DNA of 64,000 bases from Lama glama. Taxonomy: Eukaryota. Location: positions 104,782,001-104,846,000 of the forward strand of contig CM052817.1 of assembly GCA_028534125.1 (NCBI GenBank), given 5' to 3'. A program made the translations under genes and the position numbers. A model generated the notes under the pieces. It was given only the letters and a program-made list of their open reading frames with translations. It did no database searches and was not told where the DNA came from. Below are positions 42,201 through 56,153 of this stretch, piece after piece. The first letter of the stretch is position 1; every line of letters starts with the position of its first letter.

Positions 42201-43245
42201 AATATTAATTGTTAGTTTCCCTTCCCCTTTAAAGGGAACCCATGGGAAAAAATCTTTGGCTTTCTTTTCAGGGCATTTTAAAACAGCAGCAGGCAAAAAG
42301 GCATTGCATTTTTTCCATTTGTTCATAGAACAGCACCTGCAAAGACCAGAGTCCATGGAGAGGGCGGTGTGAGAGTCATGCTTGTTCACATACGTCCTCG
42401 CAGGGCTTGGCTGACGGTGTCTGAGCCTTCTTGTTACAGTTGGCCAGACCGGAAACTAAGGCTAGAGGACGTCTAAGTCCATCTCCTTCCCGAGGTCCTT
42501 TCAAACTGTAAAACATTTAGCATGTCCTCCCCATCCTTGCCTCTGATGCTTTTTTCTTGTTTACCTCTGGCACAAAAGTGACTCTCAGGATAGGACGGTC
42601 CTGTGGAATGGAAATAGGGTTAGCCCTCTCTGAAAACCAGGGTTTGTCAGATGTGCGGGTACATTCCATCAGGACCGGTCACATTTCGATTTTTACAATG
42701 GCTCATGCACTTTAAAAAAAAGGAGACCCTATTTGCAAACCCCCACAACTAACTTTTTAAAACTTCAGTATCTCTTGCTGTGTGTCATTTCCTATTTCTA
42801 ACTCAGAAAACATTGCACTCATCCAAGGCCAGCCTGTTAGAAGGAGCCTGGGAGAGTTTTGGAGTGCCTTTCCAGAGCAGACCAGGCATCGAACTTGATT
42901 TCTTTCCCCAACCATTTTTAGTTACCAAACTCTCTGGGAAACTGAAGTAGCCAAGATTTCACGTCAGAGATGAAAAGATTTCCAAATTAGTTCTGGGTCG
43001 CCAAAGGGCACTGAGCGGACTACATGTTATTAGCCTGTGTTTATTATTAGGTGGTCCTCTAACGTTGAGTACTTTATATTTTAAAAAATAATAATAATAA
43101 AGAATTCCTTTTTTTTTTCCTGAGAAGCTAAACTGCTAGCACTAACCCCACTGTCTACAAAGAAGAGAAGGAAAGGGGGAAAAGACACATCTCAGAGGGA
43201 GGAACGAAGGACCAAACTGAAATATGTTAAGAGTTTTGATGAAAT

Positions 43246-43794
43246 TGTTACCCCCAGAAAGGGAAGGGAAAAGACCTCAGTTCTTGACTTACTCGAAAGA
43301 GAATTCAGACAGGAGATGAAGTGTTGTGTGGTGAAAGATTTTAAAGGATTGATTAGTAAAGGGAAAGCACCCCTCCAAGAATGGGAGGCGAGCTGATCCA
43401 AGAACTGGTAGCAGTGGTCTTTGTTTGCCCCCTTCTCTCATACCCTCGCTTAGAGGGGGTCCCTTGATTGATTGACAGCTCTTGCCCCTGGAGCACTCCG
43501 TCATGCTCGTCCCCTTTTGCACATGTCCTTACCTGTGATGCACACAGAAAAACCCATGGTGGGCATAAACTGCAGTGCTAATTATATTACAATGGGCACT
43601 GGGTCATGTCTGGTTAGGCCCTTGTCGCTACCCTACAGCTGTGGCTGTCAGGTTCTAACCGGTTCCTTGCTGGCACTCATTTAGAAGAAGTAAAGCCCCT
43701 TTATGCTGTAGGCGTGCAGAACACCATCTTCCAGACCCTCCTCTCTCTCCTCCACCTTATCTGCTGGTGTCCCCACTTGTCTAACCACCTAACA
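43246..43794 (-). mobile_element. ERV1-type solo LTR, family C
   Basis: TG...CA termini, flanks aaat/acat; collinear with 13380-13912. Confidence 0.9.
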
Positions 43795-44488
43795 ACATGA
43801 AGGGGATCTATTCCCCTTCAACTTTCCTCAGACTCCTTTGCTGACTCTGAATGTCCATCCTTCCTTGTGTGGCTTGACAGTATTGACAATCTCTGATTGA
43901 ATCCCTGCTGTTTTTATTCAATAGATAACAAAATCCATAAAGTTCTCCTCTGTAGAAGTGGGAATTCTGCCCTAGGGAGTTTCTGATAAACCCAGAAAAG
44001 ACATCGAGAACATTTTTTTTCCAAGTTGATGAAGAATCACAAATTATTCTTTCCTAACTTGAACTACAGCTGCTTCTATTCAGATGGAATCTACATAAAC
44101 CTTAAAATACAGGTAGATGGTCCCTTATAGGTAGGTTAGGGTGGACCACTAGGATGCATGCTACTTACTTAGTGATTTAATTTGAAAGAAACTGAATGTT
44201 AAGAGAGGAGTATTTCAGGAAAGCTAGACTAGACGCCACAGTGTTTTTGAGATGTGGAATCAACATTGTTTGTTACAAGATGGGCTGACAATTTCAGGAC
44301 ATAGTTTTTTTCCTTAGGAAATCTAGGACACCAGTTCATACTTAATTCATACACACACGCCCACACCGCATTCCTAAAACGTGTTATCTTCTCCTCTAAA
44401 TAAATAGGGCAAAGGATCAAAGCAATTAGAATGAAATAGTGCTTTATGTCGGTTACTATAAATAATTATTTCCTGGAAAAGAGGACTT

Positions 44489-44690
44489 GGGAAAAAAAAT
44501 GAGATCGATAAAAGAAATAAAATACTTCTAAGTAAATGTGGAGTCTGTGTTTTCTAAGCCTCAAAAATATGTGAAGATGTGTAATAAGTGGGAAAAAAAA
44601 TGAGATCGATAAAAGAAATAAAATACTTCTAAGTAAATGTGGAGTCTATGTTTTCTAAGCCTCAAAAATATGTGAAGATGTGTAATAAGT
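44489..44690. repeat. 101-bp tandem duplication, 2 copies, 1 mismatch
   Basis: 44489-44589 vs 44590-44690; gtctGtg vs gtctAtg. Confidence 0.95.
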
Positions 44691-45615
44691 TCTAATTCTC
44701 CCAAATCACAGTCAGAACTCCATTTTTTAGAAAAACACAGGAAAAAGCATGGAGGATGTTTTGATTGCTTTTAGAAATCTAGCTTAATTGTACTATTCCA
44801 AAGTGAAAGAACAAATAAGAGCAGTGGAATCAAATTTTCCTATCTGGAGGCTAAGTTGTTGTTTAGTTATAAATTAACTCATTTGCTATTTGACTCTTTT
44901 TGGTTCACTGGAATTCTAGTGGTAAATTCTTCACTGAACTGCATAATAGTCCAGTGTCATTTAATGGAATTTCATCTCACTTTGGAGCCATCCTTGCAGG
45001 CTGGACAGTTTGGTTTAAGTCTTAAGGCTGTATCTCCTTGAAGATTGATTCTATAGTCTTTTCTTAGACCAAAAATATGAAACCTTGACCAAAAAAAGTG
45101 TGTGTGTGGGCATTGTGTGCTTGTGTTATTTAATTTCTCTGTGTGTCATTTTTCATACATTTATAATGGGAGTAAAAGTACAACCTACCTTAAATGTTAG
45201 CTTTCAGACTTAAACAAGATAATGATTCCAAAATGTCTCAGCTATAATAAGTATGTAATCAATTTAGGTATTTTAATTTTAATTAATGTTGCAATCAGAT
45301 ATATACATTAATATTCAAAAATCTGAATGCCTATTTTACAGCAGACGTGAATATTATAAAACACATTGTACTTTCTCAGTAGTCCAAGTTCCCAGATTAC
45401 AATTGCTGTATAATGTGTAATTTGCATACCAAACAATTCTGCATGCTAGAATTTTTGCAGGCAAACCTTTCTGGGAAATTCATGTAGTACTAGAGAAATG
45501 AATTCATAATATTTATTTTAGCTGGAGTAAGAGAGTTCTTAGCTTGAATAAAGAATTCTCTTAAGAAAAAGAATTACTATGGATAAAGAAAATATGATAT
45601 ATACATATATAGATG

Positions 45616-45750
45616 CAATTGACTCTTGAACATTCTTGGAGATCACTGATCTCTTCACAGTCCAAAATCCGTGTATAAATTATAGTCGGTCCTGTGTATC
45701 TGCAATTCCTCCAAATCTGTGGCTGTGCATCCAAAGATTCAACCGTCCTC
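45616..45750. mobile_element. MER8/Tigger2-like fragment
   Basis: caattgactcttgaaca...cagtccaaaatccgtgtataa...gattcaacc. Confidence 0.65.
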
Positions 45751-46506
45751 TGATCATATTTTTCCCATGTACTTAGTAACGAACTAATGTCTTCTCGCTT
45801 GTCCCTGTGGGACAGTTCTTGAAACTTTCTTTAGATTTCCAAAATAATGCACTATTAAGTGATAAACCAGGGAGGCAATATCTGATTACTGTCGATTATC
45901 AATTTGAGTAGAAGCTAAAAATACGTTATTAAAAGAACACTTTTTACTAAAATCTCTCATCTTTTATATTACTTACAAAGCAAACTTATTAGTCATTTTT
46001 TTTCCCAGAAGAAGGAAGATGTTCCTCTAATTTTTGGTCAAAAATCCTTCTAAAACACTCCCCCACCTGTTGTGTTAAAAATTCAAGTAGGTGTTTGAGG
46101 GGTACTAACCCAGAAATCTTATTGTGCAGGTTAAATGAAATTAAAGTGATAGAGAAGAAGTACACAGATAATTACAACTATAATCCACTTCACAAAGACA
46201 TGGATAATTAGAGAAATGTGACTCAAGGAAGTAGATTGAAAGCAGAGTTATGGGAGTTTCTAGGACTAAGAGATCATGTCTTGTTGGGTGATGGGGAGTT
46301 TCTGGAAAAGGTGGGAGGAGGATGTAATTTGGATGGATGAGGTCATTCCTGACAGGAGCCAAGCTGAAGAGGAGGAAGAGAGTGGGGGTGTGTTGGGGGA
46401 TGAGCAGGGGGTTTTGGAATCCATGCATCATGAGAAATATTGTGATACAGGATTAAAAAGGTAGGTAGGGCTAGAATGCAGGGGACCCTGTGTGCTAGGC
46501 TGGGGA

Positions 46507-47397
46507 TTTTATTTTATTTTTTTAAATGTATTAAAAATATTTTTTGATTGAAGTATAGTCAGTTTACCATGTTGTGTCAATTTCTGATGTACAGTGTAAT
46601 GCTTCAGTCATACATAGACATACATATATTCCTTTTCATACTCTTTTTCATTACAGGTAACTCCATGATATTGAATATAGTTCCCTCTGCTATACAAAAG
46701 AAACTTGTTGTTTATCTGTTTTATATACACTAGTTACTATCTGCAAATCTCAAACTCCCAATTTATCCCTTCCCACCCCCTTTCTCCTCTGGTAACCACA
46801 AATTTGTTTTCCATGTCTGTGAGTCTGTTTCTGTTTTGTAAATAAGTCCATTTGTCTCATTTTTTAAAGATTCCACATGTAAGTGATATCATTTGGTATT
46901 TTTCTTTCTGGCTTATTTCACTTAGAGTGATGATCTCTAGGTCCATCCATGTTGCTGCAAATGGCATTATTTCATTCTTTTTTATGGCTGAGTAGTATTC
47001 CACTGTATAAATATACCACAACTTCTTTATCCAGTCATCTGTCAATGGACGTTTTAGGTTGCTTCCATGTCTTGGCTATTGTAAATAGTGCTGCTATGAA
47101 CATAGGGGTGCCGATGTCTTTTCAAACTGGAGTTCCCTTTGGATATATGCCCAAGAGTGGGACCCTATGGTAAGCCTGTTTTTAGTCTTTTGAGGACTCT
47201 CCATACTATTTTCCATAATGGCTGCATCAAACCACATTCCCACCAGCCATGTAGGAGTGTTCCCTTTTCTCCACACCCTCTGCAGCACCTGTCATTTGTG
47301 GACTTTTGAATGATGGCCATTCTGACCTGTGTGAGGGTCATTGTAGTTTTGATTTACATTTCTCTGATAATTAGCAATACTGACATTTTTTCATGTT
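46507..47397 (-). mobile_element. LINE-1 3' fragment inserted in an L2 relic (~46270-47930)
   Basis: ORF2 C-terminus WIKKLWYIYTVEYYSAIKKNEIMPFAATWMDLE. Confidence 0.92.
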
Positions 47398-48581
47398 GAG
47401 CTGAGAACTTTAAATGGTAGCAGCAGAGAAAGGTTTCCAGCAGGAAGTTAAGTGACCAGAGCTGTGTTCCAGAAGAATGAGTCAGCTGGAGAAGTATGGA
47501 TGGACTTAGACAAGGGGTGAGGGAAACTGAGGTGTGGGGGTGAGGCTGGAAAGGTTTGAGATGACACAGATGAGGAGCTGAGGGCCAGACGGTTGGGTCA
47601 CAGCAAAAATGGAAGGAATGGGTGGGGACCAGAAGAGAGAGGATGGTGGACCTGGCGAATGATGGATTCCAAAGAAGGTAAGAGCAGGAGAGTCAACGCT
47701 GCCTTCCTTGTGTCAGTCCCGGGACTAGGGGATCTTTAGCAGCGTTGTACGTGGCAGGTAAAGCTAGAGGGCTGAGTTTGGGAGGTGCTGAATTTAAAAT
47801 ACTTGTGAAATAATATTGCATTAGAGTGTTAAAAATAGGATTACTAAAGCTTGGAAGGGAGTAGGAGGCAGCAGTTGTGTTAATAATGCTAGGGGAAGGT
47901 TGAATCCTCAAGAACATTAAGTCAGCATTTACAGGAGGTAAACACAGGAAGTAAACACAGACCAGAGGTGTTCACTGGTGGATTTTTTAATACCCATTTC
48001 TGGCCATGTGACTTCACATTTTATTAGAAAAGGCTTGTATTGAGCTCGATGGAGGTTCGTTGTATGTGTCAGGGTGGAAACTTCTATTCAAGTGACCGGA
48101 ATTAGAAGATCAATTGTAAGTGTGATAAGGTTTTGTTGATTATCATACTGTGAATGACACTAAAGCCATGGTTCTCTCAGTCTCTGGGAGCCTGGGAACT
48201 AATTTTTCAGGGGTTTTTGATCAGAAATTCTGAGGGGTGCCTAGAATTCTGTGCAGGTCATTCTGACACACTCTGAAGTTTGAGGAGCACGATGGTAGAG
48301 ATGTGGGCACCCATGGTCATCCACGGTGCTGAGCAAGCAGGGAAATGGAGCCGTGGTCCCGGGAGCAGAAACTGTGGGCAAACGCATGCAGCCCCTCCTT
48401 TCCCATCACATGGTGTGTGCGTTCAGTGGGGCTGGGATGCAGTTGACTCCTCTGTCCAGCTAATCTGGTGCCTGCTCTCACCTGCCGCAGAGGCTTAGTT
48501 AAATCTGGAGTAGCGAGAGAGAAAAGAAAAACCAACCCTTACTGTTTTTCTTTAAGCTCAATCCACCCAGCCTTTCCTGTG

Positions 48582-49533
48582 TGTTATGTGTTGAATTGTG
48601 CCCCCCCACAGCCCCTCCCTGCAATTTATGTCGAAGTTCTGACCCCTCCGTATCTCAGAATGTGATCTTATTTGGAAATAGAGCCTTTTCATGGGTGGTC
48701 AAGTCAAAACGAGGTCACTAGGTGGGACCTATTCCAAAATGACTGATGTCCTTATAAAAAAAGAGAAATTTGTACGTAGACACTGATGTGCACAGAGAGA
48801 AGACAGTATAAAGGCCCTCAGGAAGAAGGAGGCCATGTGACGGGACTGATACATCTATAAGTCAGGGAACACCAAGGGTTGCCAGTGAATGCCAGGAACT
48901 GGAAGAGGCAAGGGGGGATTCTCGCCTAGAGCCCTTGGAGAGAGCTTCAGTGTTACAGAAGGCAGCTTCCTGTACCTGATGCATCGTGAGGCTAAACAAA
49001 CTGAAACGTCAGACTCCGGAGCAGAGAAAGGTTGCTTTCAAGGCTGAGCAAGGAGGATGGGATGGCTCATGCTCAGGAAAACCCCGAACTCCCTGGAGGA
49101 TTTCAGCAAAGCATATTTAAAGGCAGGTGAGGGAAGGGGGGGTCGCAGGTACATGATCAGCTTGTGCACAGTCCTCTGACTGGTTGATGATGAGGGAACA
49201 GGGCAGTCAACACTGTCAACCCATGGTCGCCAGAAGCTCTCCATCATCAAGTAGTTAATGTCTTCCCTTTGGTGGTGGTTTTTAGCATCTGAAACACCCA
49301 GGAAATATGCATAAAAAACTATTACCAGAGAGGAGCTACAGCAGAGGATACAAGACTGGGTGGGGTTGGGGTCTGTTCCAGCATGGCCCCACAGGTCTGA
49401 CTGGGTTCTCTGAGCTCAGTCGATACCTTCACCAAGGACTTCTAGATTCCAGAACACTGAGACACTAAATTCTGTTGTTTTAAGCTATCCAGTTTTTGGT
49501 ACTTTGGTGTAACTGCCCTAGGAAACCAATACA
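48582..49533 (+). mobile_element. MaLR MLT1 LTR with a nested LTR
   Basis: tgttatg.gttgaattgtg...gaatgtga.cttatttggaaatag...gccctaggaaac.aataca. Confidence 0.9.
48951..49410 (-). mobile_element. ERV LTR (MER21-like, family D) nested in MLT1
   Basis: tgttac start; interrupts the MLT1 consensus; flanks tcag/tgag. Confidence 0.7.
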
Positions 49534-51649
49534 CTGCTCTAAATTATTTAATGAAGGCAGTGTGTGCTAACTCTGACTCAGATATATCTGAAAAGATTTG
49601 GTATGATAAGGGGGAAAAAAAGATATCCACAAAAACACAATCGAATGCTGCTGGCGCTGTGGATGGAAAAGTTTTTAGAGAGGAGGACACTTCAAAGAAA
49701 GGTCAGCTTCCAGATGAAAGTTCTGCTCAGAAAACTTGATCAGTTGTGCACAGGGAAAAGGCTGGACTGTTCTGAATACATGTTTGGTTAGTTTACAACT
49801 TATGTTGTTTCAAAAAAGTAGTATTCGGACCTTCCCTGGAGGACACAGCCTGGGGTTGCACTGCCTGTGGGGAGCAGGGATGTGTTACAGAGCTTCCCTC
49901 TCACAGCCTGCAAGCCACAGAGGAGGGGAAGGTAGGTACCAGAACTGCCCAGCCGGTTATCAGAAGGGAGCCCTGGAAGGGAGGCTAATGATTCCACATT
50001 AGGTTTCGTTTTCCTAAATCGAATGGGAGCTGTTGCCACATTTACTTTCTTGAGTTCAAGTTAGCGCTGAACATTACAGAAAAGACTCTGAAGGCAATCT
50101 TGTTCCATCTACTCTAAGGACATGAACATTCATTAGTTAGAGAGATGGGGCTCAAATGCCATCCATAAACACATGACAGCTGTGAGATGACCAAGTCTAA
50201 GACACACTGAAGGGCAGGTTCCAGGGCTAATTTAGAAAGACAGACTTCAGCAGGGACTTCATGAAGGCTGAGCAGCCATTAGAGAGAGCTGTTCCTTTAG
50301 GTTAAACCTTTGGAGTTGGGCGCGGTGTTCAGAAGGGAGGGGTCCCTGCTTAGCCTGCTGCAAAATGCAGACAAACCACGCTAGCAGAAATAATCTGAGG
50401 ACAGGTGAAACTTCCAAATGTTACTAAAAAATATAGATATCCATACATCCATAACCATCTCCCATCGCTTTCAATTAATTAATTAGTTTATGCATTCAAC
50501 CAATATTTACCTTGCCTGCTATTTGCTGGCACGTGGTAGGTCATGGATGTAGCAGTGAGGAAGATCAAATAAAACTTCTTCATTTGAGCTCACATTCTAG
50601 CAAATCATTAAAAAAAAAAAAAAAGTTTTGCAGTTTTCCCCCTCTCTTGTCTCTCAGACCTGCCCACATCTAGGTGAGGTTAGGAAAACTGAAGAAAAGA
50701 GTGACTGAGATTTAAATAACAGAGTTTTTTTTTTTTTTTTTCTTAGTGGCTGATGCAAAGCACCACACTGAAACAGTCAGGAGTCAGAGTTATAAACAGG
50801 GAATTCTGCCCAATAGAAAAGACACTTCTGAATAGTGTTCCTATATTTTTTCCCCCTTTTATGGCATTTACCCAATTTGTGTCATTTTATAACTTTTTCT
50901 GACACTGAAACTACAGAAGTGTTTTTTTAGCACGTTACAATATTCGAAAGACAGCCCTTATAGAATTTCCTTTATTGTAAGGATTGAATTTTCAGAGTTG
51001 GTTGGAACTTAGCACATATTCAGTTTAACTCTCAAAACCAACTGTTTTCAATAGGAATAAAAGCTATTAACTACCTATAAGTCATTTTGTATCTTTACAT
51101 CATAATCCTGTAAAAACCAGGAAGTCACTGAAGGCGTGGGCAGACACTATGCATCTTGTTGATACGAATACATTAGAGTCACATCGCTGGAGAGGTTGAT
51201 TTTCTCAGACAATGGTTCTCTCCTTGTTATTTTTTTCCTCTTTATCTTAGCTTTATAAGTGGGAATATTATGAACCATTTGAAGAACACTCAGGGACACT
51301 CCATGTTTAGACGCTGGAGTCCTCTTTCCAGGAGAAGCAGTCGCGTTGTTTGGAAGACTTGGTGTGCTGAGCGAGTTAGACCATGGAAACCAGTCTCCAG
51401 CCCAAGGAACCCAATGAATTTTTGAGATTGTATTCTCTAGAGCTGCAGTCATTTAAAATTCAGCTGCTTGTTGATTTTAGGTACTTAGAAAATCTTCTGC
51501 CTTCAATAAAGTGAGAATGTGGACGTGAGTAGCATTTCACAAGGACTTCGGATAGTGTTCAAATTGACTTGTATTTCAGAGGGAGTTGGTCCATCTACCC
51601 AGTGAGCCAGGTAGCTGGATAAGGGCTTGGAGGAGCATGCCTCATTTCA

Positions 51650-51674
51650 ACACACACACACACACACACACACA
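51650..51674. repeat. (CA)n microsatellite
   Basis: Direct reading. Confidence 0.9.
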
Positions 51675-53291
51675 GAGCTTGTGCTCAAGGGAAGCACCAA
51701 AGCTTCACACACTCAAGGGTCTTGGGGACCTTCCCGCTGAAGCCCTCAGAGAAAGAACAGGATCCCAATACAGACTGAGCACAAGCTTCTTATCAGGCTG
51801 GCGGGTGACGGGCTCAGAGCTCATTAAAACTGATTTATAGAAATTAAAGAAACACGATTGTGCCCTCTTTCTGGGTATTGTGGTGGCTGTCAAGTCACAG
51901 CTAAGTGTTAATTATAATAAAATTATAGAACCAATGACAGAACTATCTAGACAGGGCATGTGTTGGTGGAATTAATGGAGACTTTTTCTGCTATTTTGCA
52001 TGGTGTGGGAGAAAATCAAGCAGATTATTTACAATTTTCCTTTAAAATTAATCTTGAAATCCAAGTTACAGAGATCAAGATTTATTTAAAAATTGTTGAA
52101 ATCATGACCGATTTTCTTCTGTTTGTTACCCATATGCAAATGCTGACATGTCATTTAAAAATAGACTTCTGTAAAGCGACTAATAAAAGCATTAAACAGA
52201 AGTTATGGTTTCCATATTCCTTTTAAATATTAATGATCAATACTTACTTTCAAATAACTCTGTGTCACATGCTTTTTTACAAAGTGGAAAGGCATCAAGT
52301 TGGAAGAGAATGAGAAAGGTGAAGGCAAACAAGAAATTGTAAAACTGAAAAAGGAAAAAAAATGAAAAAATACAAATTTGTGATGTTGTGATCCATTTAG
52401 GCAATTTTTTTTACAAGCAATTGCTTTCAATTCCTCAAATCATAGTCTTGAAGCTTAGTCCTGCATTTACACAACGAAACTAAGGAGATATGAAACTAAA
52501 TAGGAAATCTCAGTGACCTGTAGCATCTAGTGTGTCTTTGGTGTTCTCAGTCTGTCTTCCTTGCCAACCGCCAGCAGCTGCGTGTGTGCACGTGTGGGTG
52601 TGTGTAGTGGCAGAACAAGCGTCCATATTGATACTCATTTCTGTTCCCCAGGGAACCACCCAATCATGGCCATCACTCACTGTCACTTGCAGGCTTAGCT
52701 GCCTCTCCATGTCTAAGACCAATTCTCAGTTCAGACGTGAGGAGACTCTCTTGTTCAACCTTCTGAGACTCACAGTCAAACTGCCCTGCTTGCTAGTTAT
52801 AGAATGAAGTCCAGAAAATTGGAATAATGAGTTTATTTCGTTTTCTACATCTTATTCCCAGTTCTGGTTTGGAGATGCCCTTCTGAGCACAGTATGTATG
52901 TGGGGTTCACACATCCGTAGGATTTGATTTAAGCCACCTCCACCTACTTCTCTTCTAGTCCCTCGCCTCTCGTAATGGCAACATTGGCCAAGCAGTGGTT
53001 ACAGCTAAAAACTTTTGTGTCACCTTTGAATTCTTTCTCTTCTTCCTACTTAGGCGGCTCATGCTCATTGCCTGGGACAGTTTATGTTTGTGTCTCCAGT
53101 GCAAATACTAAGATCCTCATTCATTTCCAAGGTGTTCTGGTTTGGGTGAAAAATTATTCCTTTACCCAATTCCAATTCCGTGAAATATTCTGTGCAACAC
53201 ATCTAGAGTCCTATTGGTATTACCTTCAAAATATATTCAGTATTTATTCACTTCTCCCTATTTCCAACACACCATTGTAGTCCACATTATT

Positions 53292-53397
53292 ATTATTTTT
53301 TTAAGGTTTTATTTCTTTATTTACTGGAGGTACTGGGGATTGAACCCAGGACCTTGTGCATGCTAAGCACACACTCCACTACTGAGCTATACCCTCC
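53292..53397 (-). mobile_element. tRNA-Ala-derived camelid SINE (vic-1-like)
   Basis: Reverse complement ggagggtatagctcagtagtggagtgtgtgcttagcatgcacaaggtcctgggttcaatccccagtacctcca plus A-rich tail; A and B boxes present. Confidence 0.9.
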
Positions 53398-53667
53398 TTC
53401 TCCTTATTAATTAATTAATAATTAACTTGATGGTGTCAGTGATGAAACAGACAGAGTTTTCAGAGGAGCATTAAGACCGTCAGCAGGCAGTAAGTCCTGC
53501 TTGGATGGTGGTGGCTGGGCATTCAGGAATAGTTTTAGGAGTATGGTGTGTTTTTCAGGATTATTTGCAAGTTTTTCTTATCAAGGATAAAATCTTATTT
53601 AAATATTTTTTATTGGCAGAAGGGGGAAATGTGTTAAGCAAAAGGATACAGCTCTGCAACTGAATCA

Positions 53668-53765
53668 TTTTATTTATTTTATTTATTTAATGGAGGCACT
53701 ATAGATTGAACCCAGGACCTCGTGCATGCTAAGCACACGCTGTACCACTGAGCTGTACCCTCTCC
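53668..53765 (-). mobile_element. tRNA-Ala-derived camelid SINE (vic-1-like)
   Basis: Same consensus as 53292-53397, (TAAA)n tail. Confidence 0.9.
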
Positions 53766-55500
53766 ACCATTATTCTTTCCTACTTGGATCATGACAAAAG
53801 CCTTGAAGCTGGTCTTCCTCCTTTTATAATTGCTCCCATTACATTCTGTTCTCCACCCAGGAGAAAACTTGTATCACTCCATCACTGCAGCATTCCCAAA
53901 ATTTCCCATCTAGGAATAAATCTCACCATCTTGTCATGCCCTATATGGCCAGAAACGAGCCTGTCTCCATTTCTCTTTCCATATTATGTGTTAACCCCCT
54001 TCTGACTCAGTTCTTTCCTTGATGTAGTAGACTTGATGCTGTCTTGCAAATGTATCAGATTGAACTCCCATCTTGGCCATGCTTATCCTTCCCCTAGAGC
54101 CCTCTTCCCCTGGTCTTTGCATGAGGATGGTCCTGACTTCATTCAGATATTTCTCCACTCAAGGGTCAGCTCATCTCAGAGACTTTCTCGGCCACCAGTT
54201 TTTAAGAAGCTGCCCTGATTCAGTGCAGGAAACAGAAATAACTAGGTATTTCAGGCAGGAAGAAATTCATTCCAAGAATTAGGAGCTTACAATATCATTA
54301 GAAGGAAAGGAAATCAAGAGGTCACCAGAGGACTTTGAGTCCCACTTCTGTAGAGGTCAGAGGTCAGGAAATGGCTGATGCACTGTTACTTCTGTGGTCC
54401 CCTCATGCCACAAAGGAGTATTGGACAGCAGGCTCGGGTGCCCAGCACTTGTTCACATCTGCTCACGACTGCCAGTCGGTTGCCACCAGTACAGGAAAAT
54501 GACTGCTACCTCCCAGAGTTTCCACATCTCATGCAAGAACATCTCCCTGGCAGAACCTAAGCCACTCCTAGTGAGCTGGCTAAAAGGGAGTCTGGGAAAA
54601 AGATTCTTCCTCCTTCAACCCTAGTAGTGTTATGGGGGACAGAGAGAGAGGGCACCTGGACACAGAACCAAGAGATTGCATTTAGCATACACGCCCCTGG
54701 GCCCTGTCCCAATCTCTTTTTGACTCTGCTTTATGCTTTTCTGAAGCACCCATCATGACCTAAAATATTTATTTGTTTTCTTGTCATTTTCTGTCTTTTC
54801 TAATAGACTCCAAAATCTAAGAAGAGGCTAGAAAGATGCCTGTTGGCTCAGAGGACAGCACTTGAGAAATAGGGGCTGAATGTGTGACTGCATAAGGGCC
54901 CCTGCCTTGGCTGGACAGTCATATTTAGAATGTAAAGTAAAAAACATGTTCCTTGCTGTGGAGGAAGTCTTATCTGAGGAAGATTCCATTGGCTAGAAAA
55001 AGGGGATGTTATTAGAAGTTAAATTTGTCAATTGGGCAGAAACTCAAATTTTAGGTCAGTAGGATTTTGTGGGGGATAAAAACAATGAATTGTACATTTG
55101 TATTTATAGCTGGAAATTATGTTTATTTCTCTCGAGAAGAAAAACAAAGAAGGAGCTGATACTTGGAAGTAGCAGTAACTTTCCATTATTTTTTCTGCCT
55201 CTTCCTACTCTCCGTGGGAGATTGATCTGATTGATGGGACTGAAATTTCTGTGTGCTGGCTTAGCCTGGTCCCCTCAACCGGCCCAGACCTGACTGCTGG
55301 CTGCCCGATGCTAGAAGCCAACTGGGCCAAGCTTTGCACCTGCAGAGAACAGCCTGCCGTTGTGAAGATGTTCTGACTATGACTGGGGAGTTAGTTCAAT
55401 TCATATGCAAAGAAATAGAAAAGTATTTTGACCTCATGGGTGAAACTATGTTCTTCTACAACAAAGCGGACTTTTTTATGCTTGTCTCCTATGTCTACTA

Positions 55501-55679
55501 CAGTAATTTTCAAACTTAGACACATACTGGCCTCACTTAAGAGCTTTCAAATATACTGATGGCTGCCTGGATCATCTCTGGAGATGCTGATTTAATTGTT
55601 CTGTGGTGCAGGCTTGAGAACTGGGATATTTAAAAGCTCCCAGGTGGTCTGAATCCTCAGCCCAGGTTGCATGCCATTG
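55501..55679. mobile_element. MER5-like hAT-Charlie element
   Basis: cagt..tt.tcaaactt...gagat.ctgatttaattg...aaaagctcccaggtg...cagccca. Confidence 0.75.
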
Positions 55680-55759
55680 CTTTATGGAAAGCAGTGTTAA
55701 TTAGTATCTTCAAAACCCAACACAACAGCGTGAAAATGGTCTAAGTCTGCCGCTTATCT

Positions 55760-56153
55760 TCTTATGGATCGTGTCCGTCAAAAAGATATGTTGAAATCCT
55801 AACTCCTGGTTCTTATGAATGTGACAATGTGACCTTATTTGGAGCTAGAGTCTTTGCAGGTGTAGCCAAGTTCAGATGGGGCCATTAGGGTTGGTGATCA
55901 GGGAAGAGACACAGAGAAAAGACTGCCACGGGCAGACACATTAGTTGCTGGAGTTGCACTACCACATAGCTAAGGAACGCCCGGGGCTGCAAGGAGCTGA
56001 AAGGGGAGAAGGAAGACCCTCCACTGGAGGCTTTAGAGGGAGGTTTCTGGGTGGATTTCTAGTCTCCGGACTGTAAAACAAAAAGATGCCTTTCTGTAGA
56101 TTCAAGTTCCCTAGCTTGCGGTACTTGGTTATGGCAACCCTGAGAAACTAACC
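55760..56153 (+). mobile_element. MaLR MLT1 LTR
   Basis: aaaagatatgttgaaatcctaac...gtgaccttatttgga...gttatggcaaccct.agaaactaa. Confidence 0.85.

Noticed and set aside
53325..53397. tRNA-Ala(AGC)-like sequence (also 53690-53765 and 39150-39210)
   Set aside because: A-rich tails and diverged stems identify SINE copies, not tRNA genes
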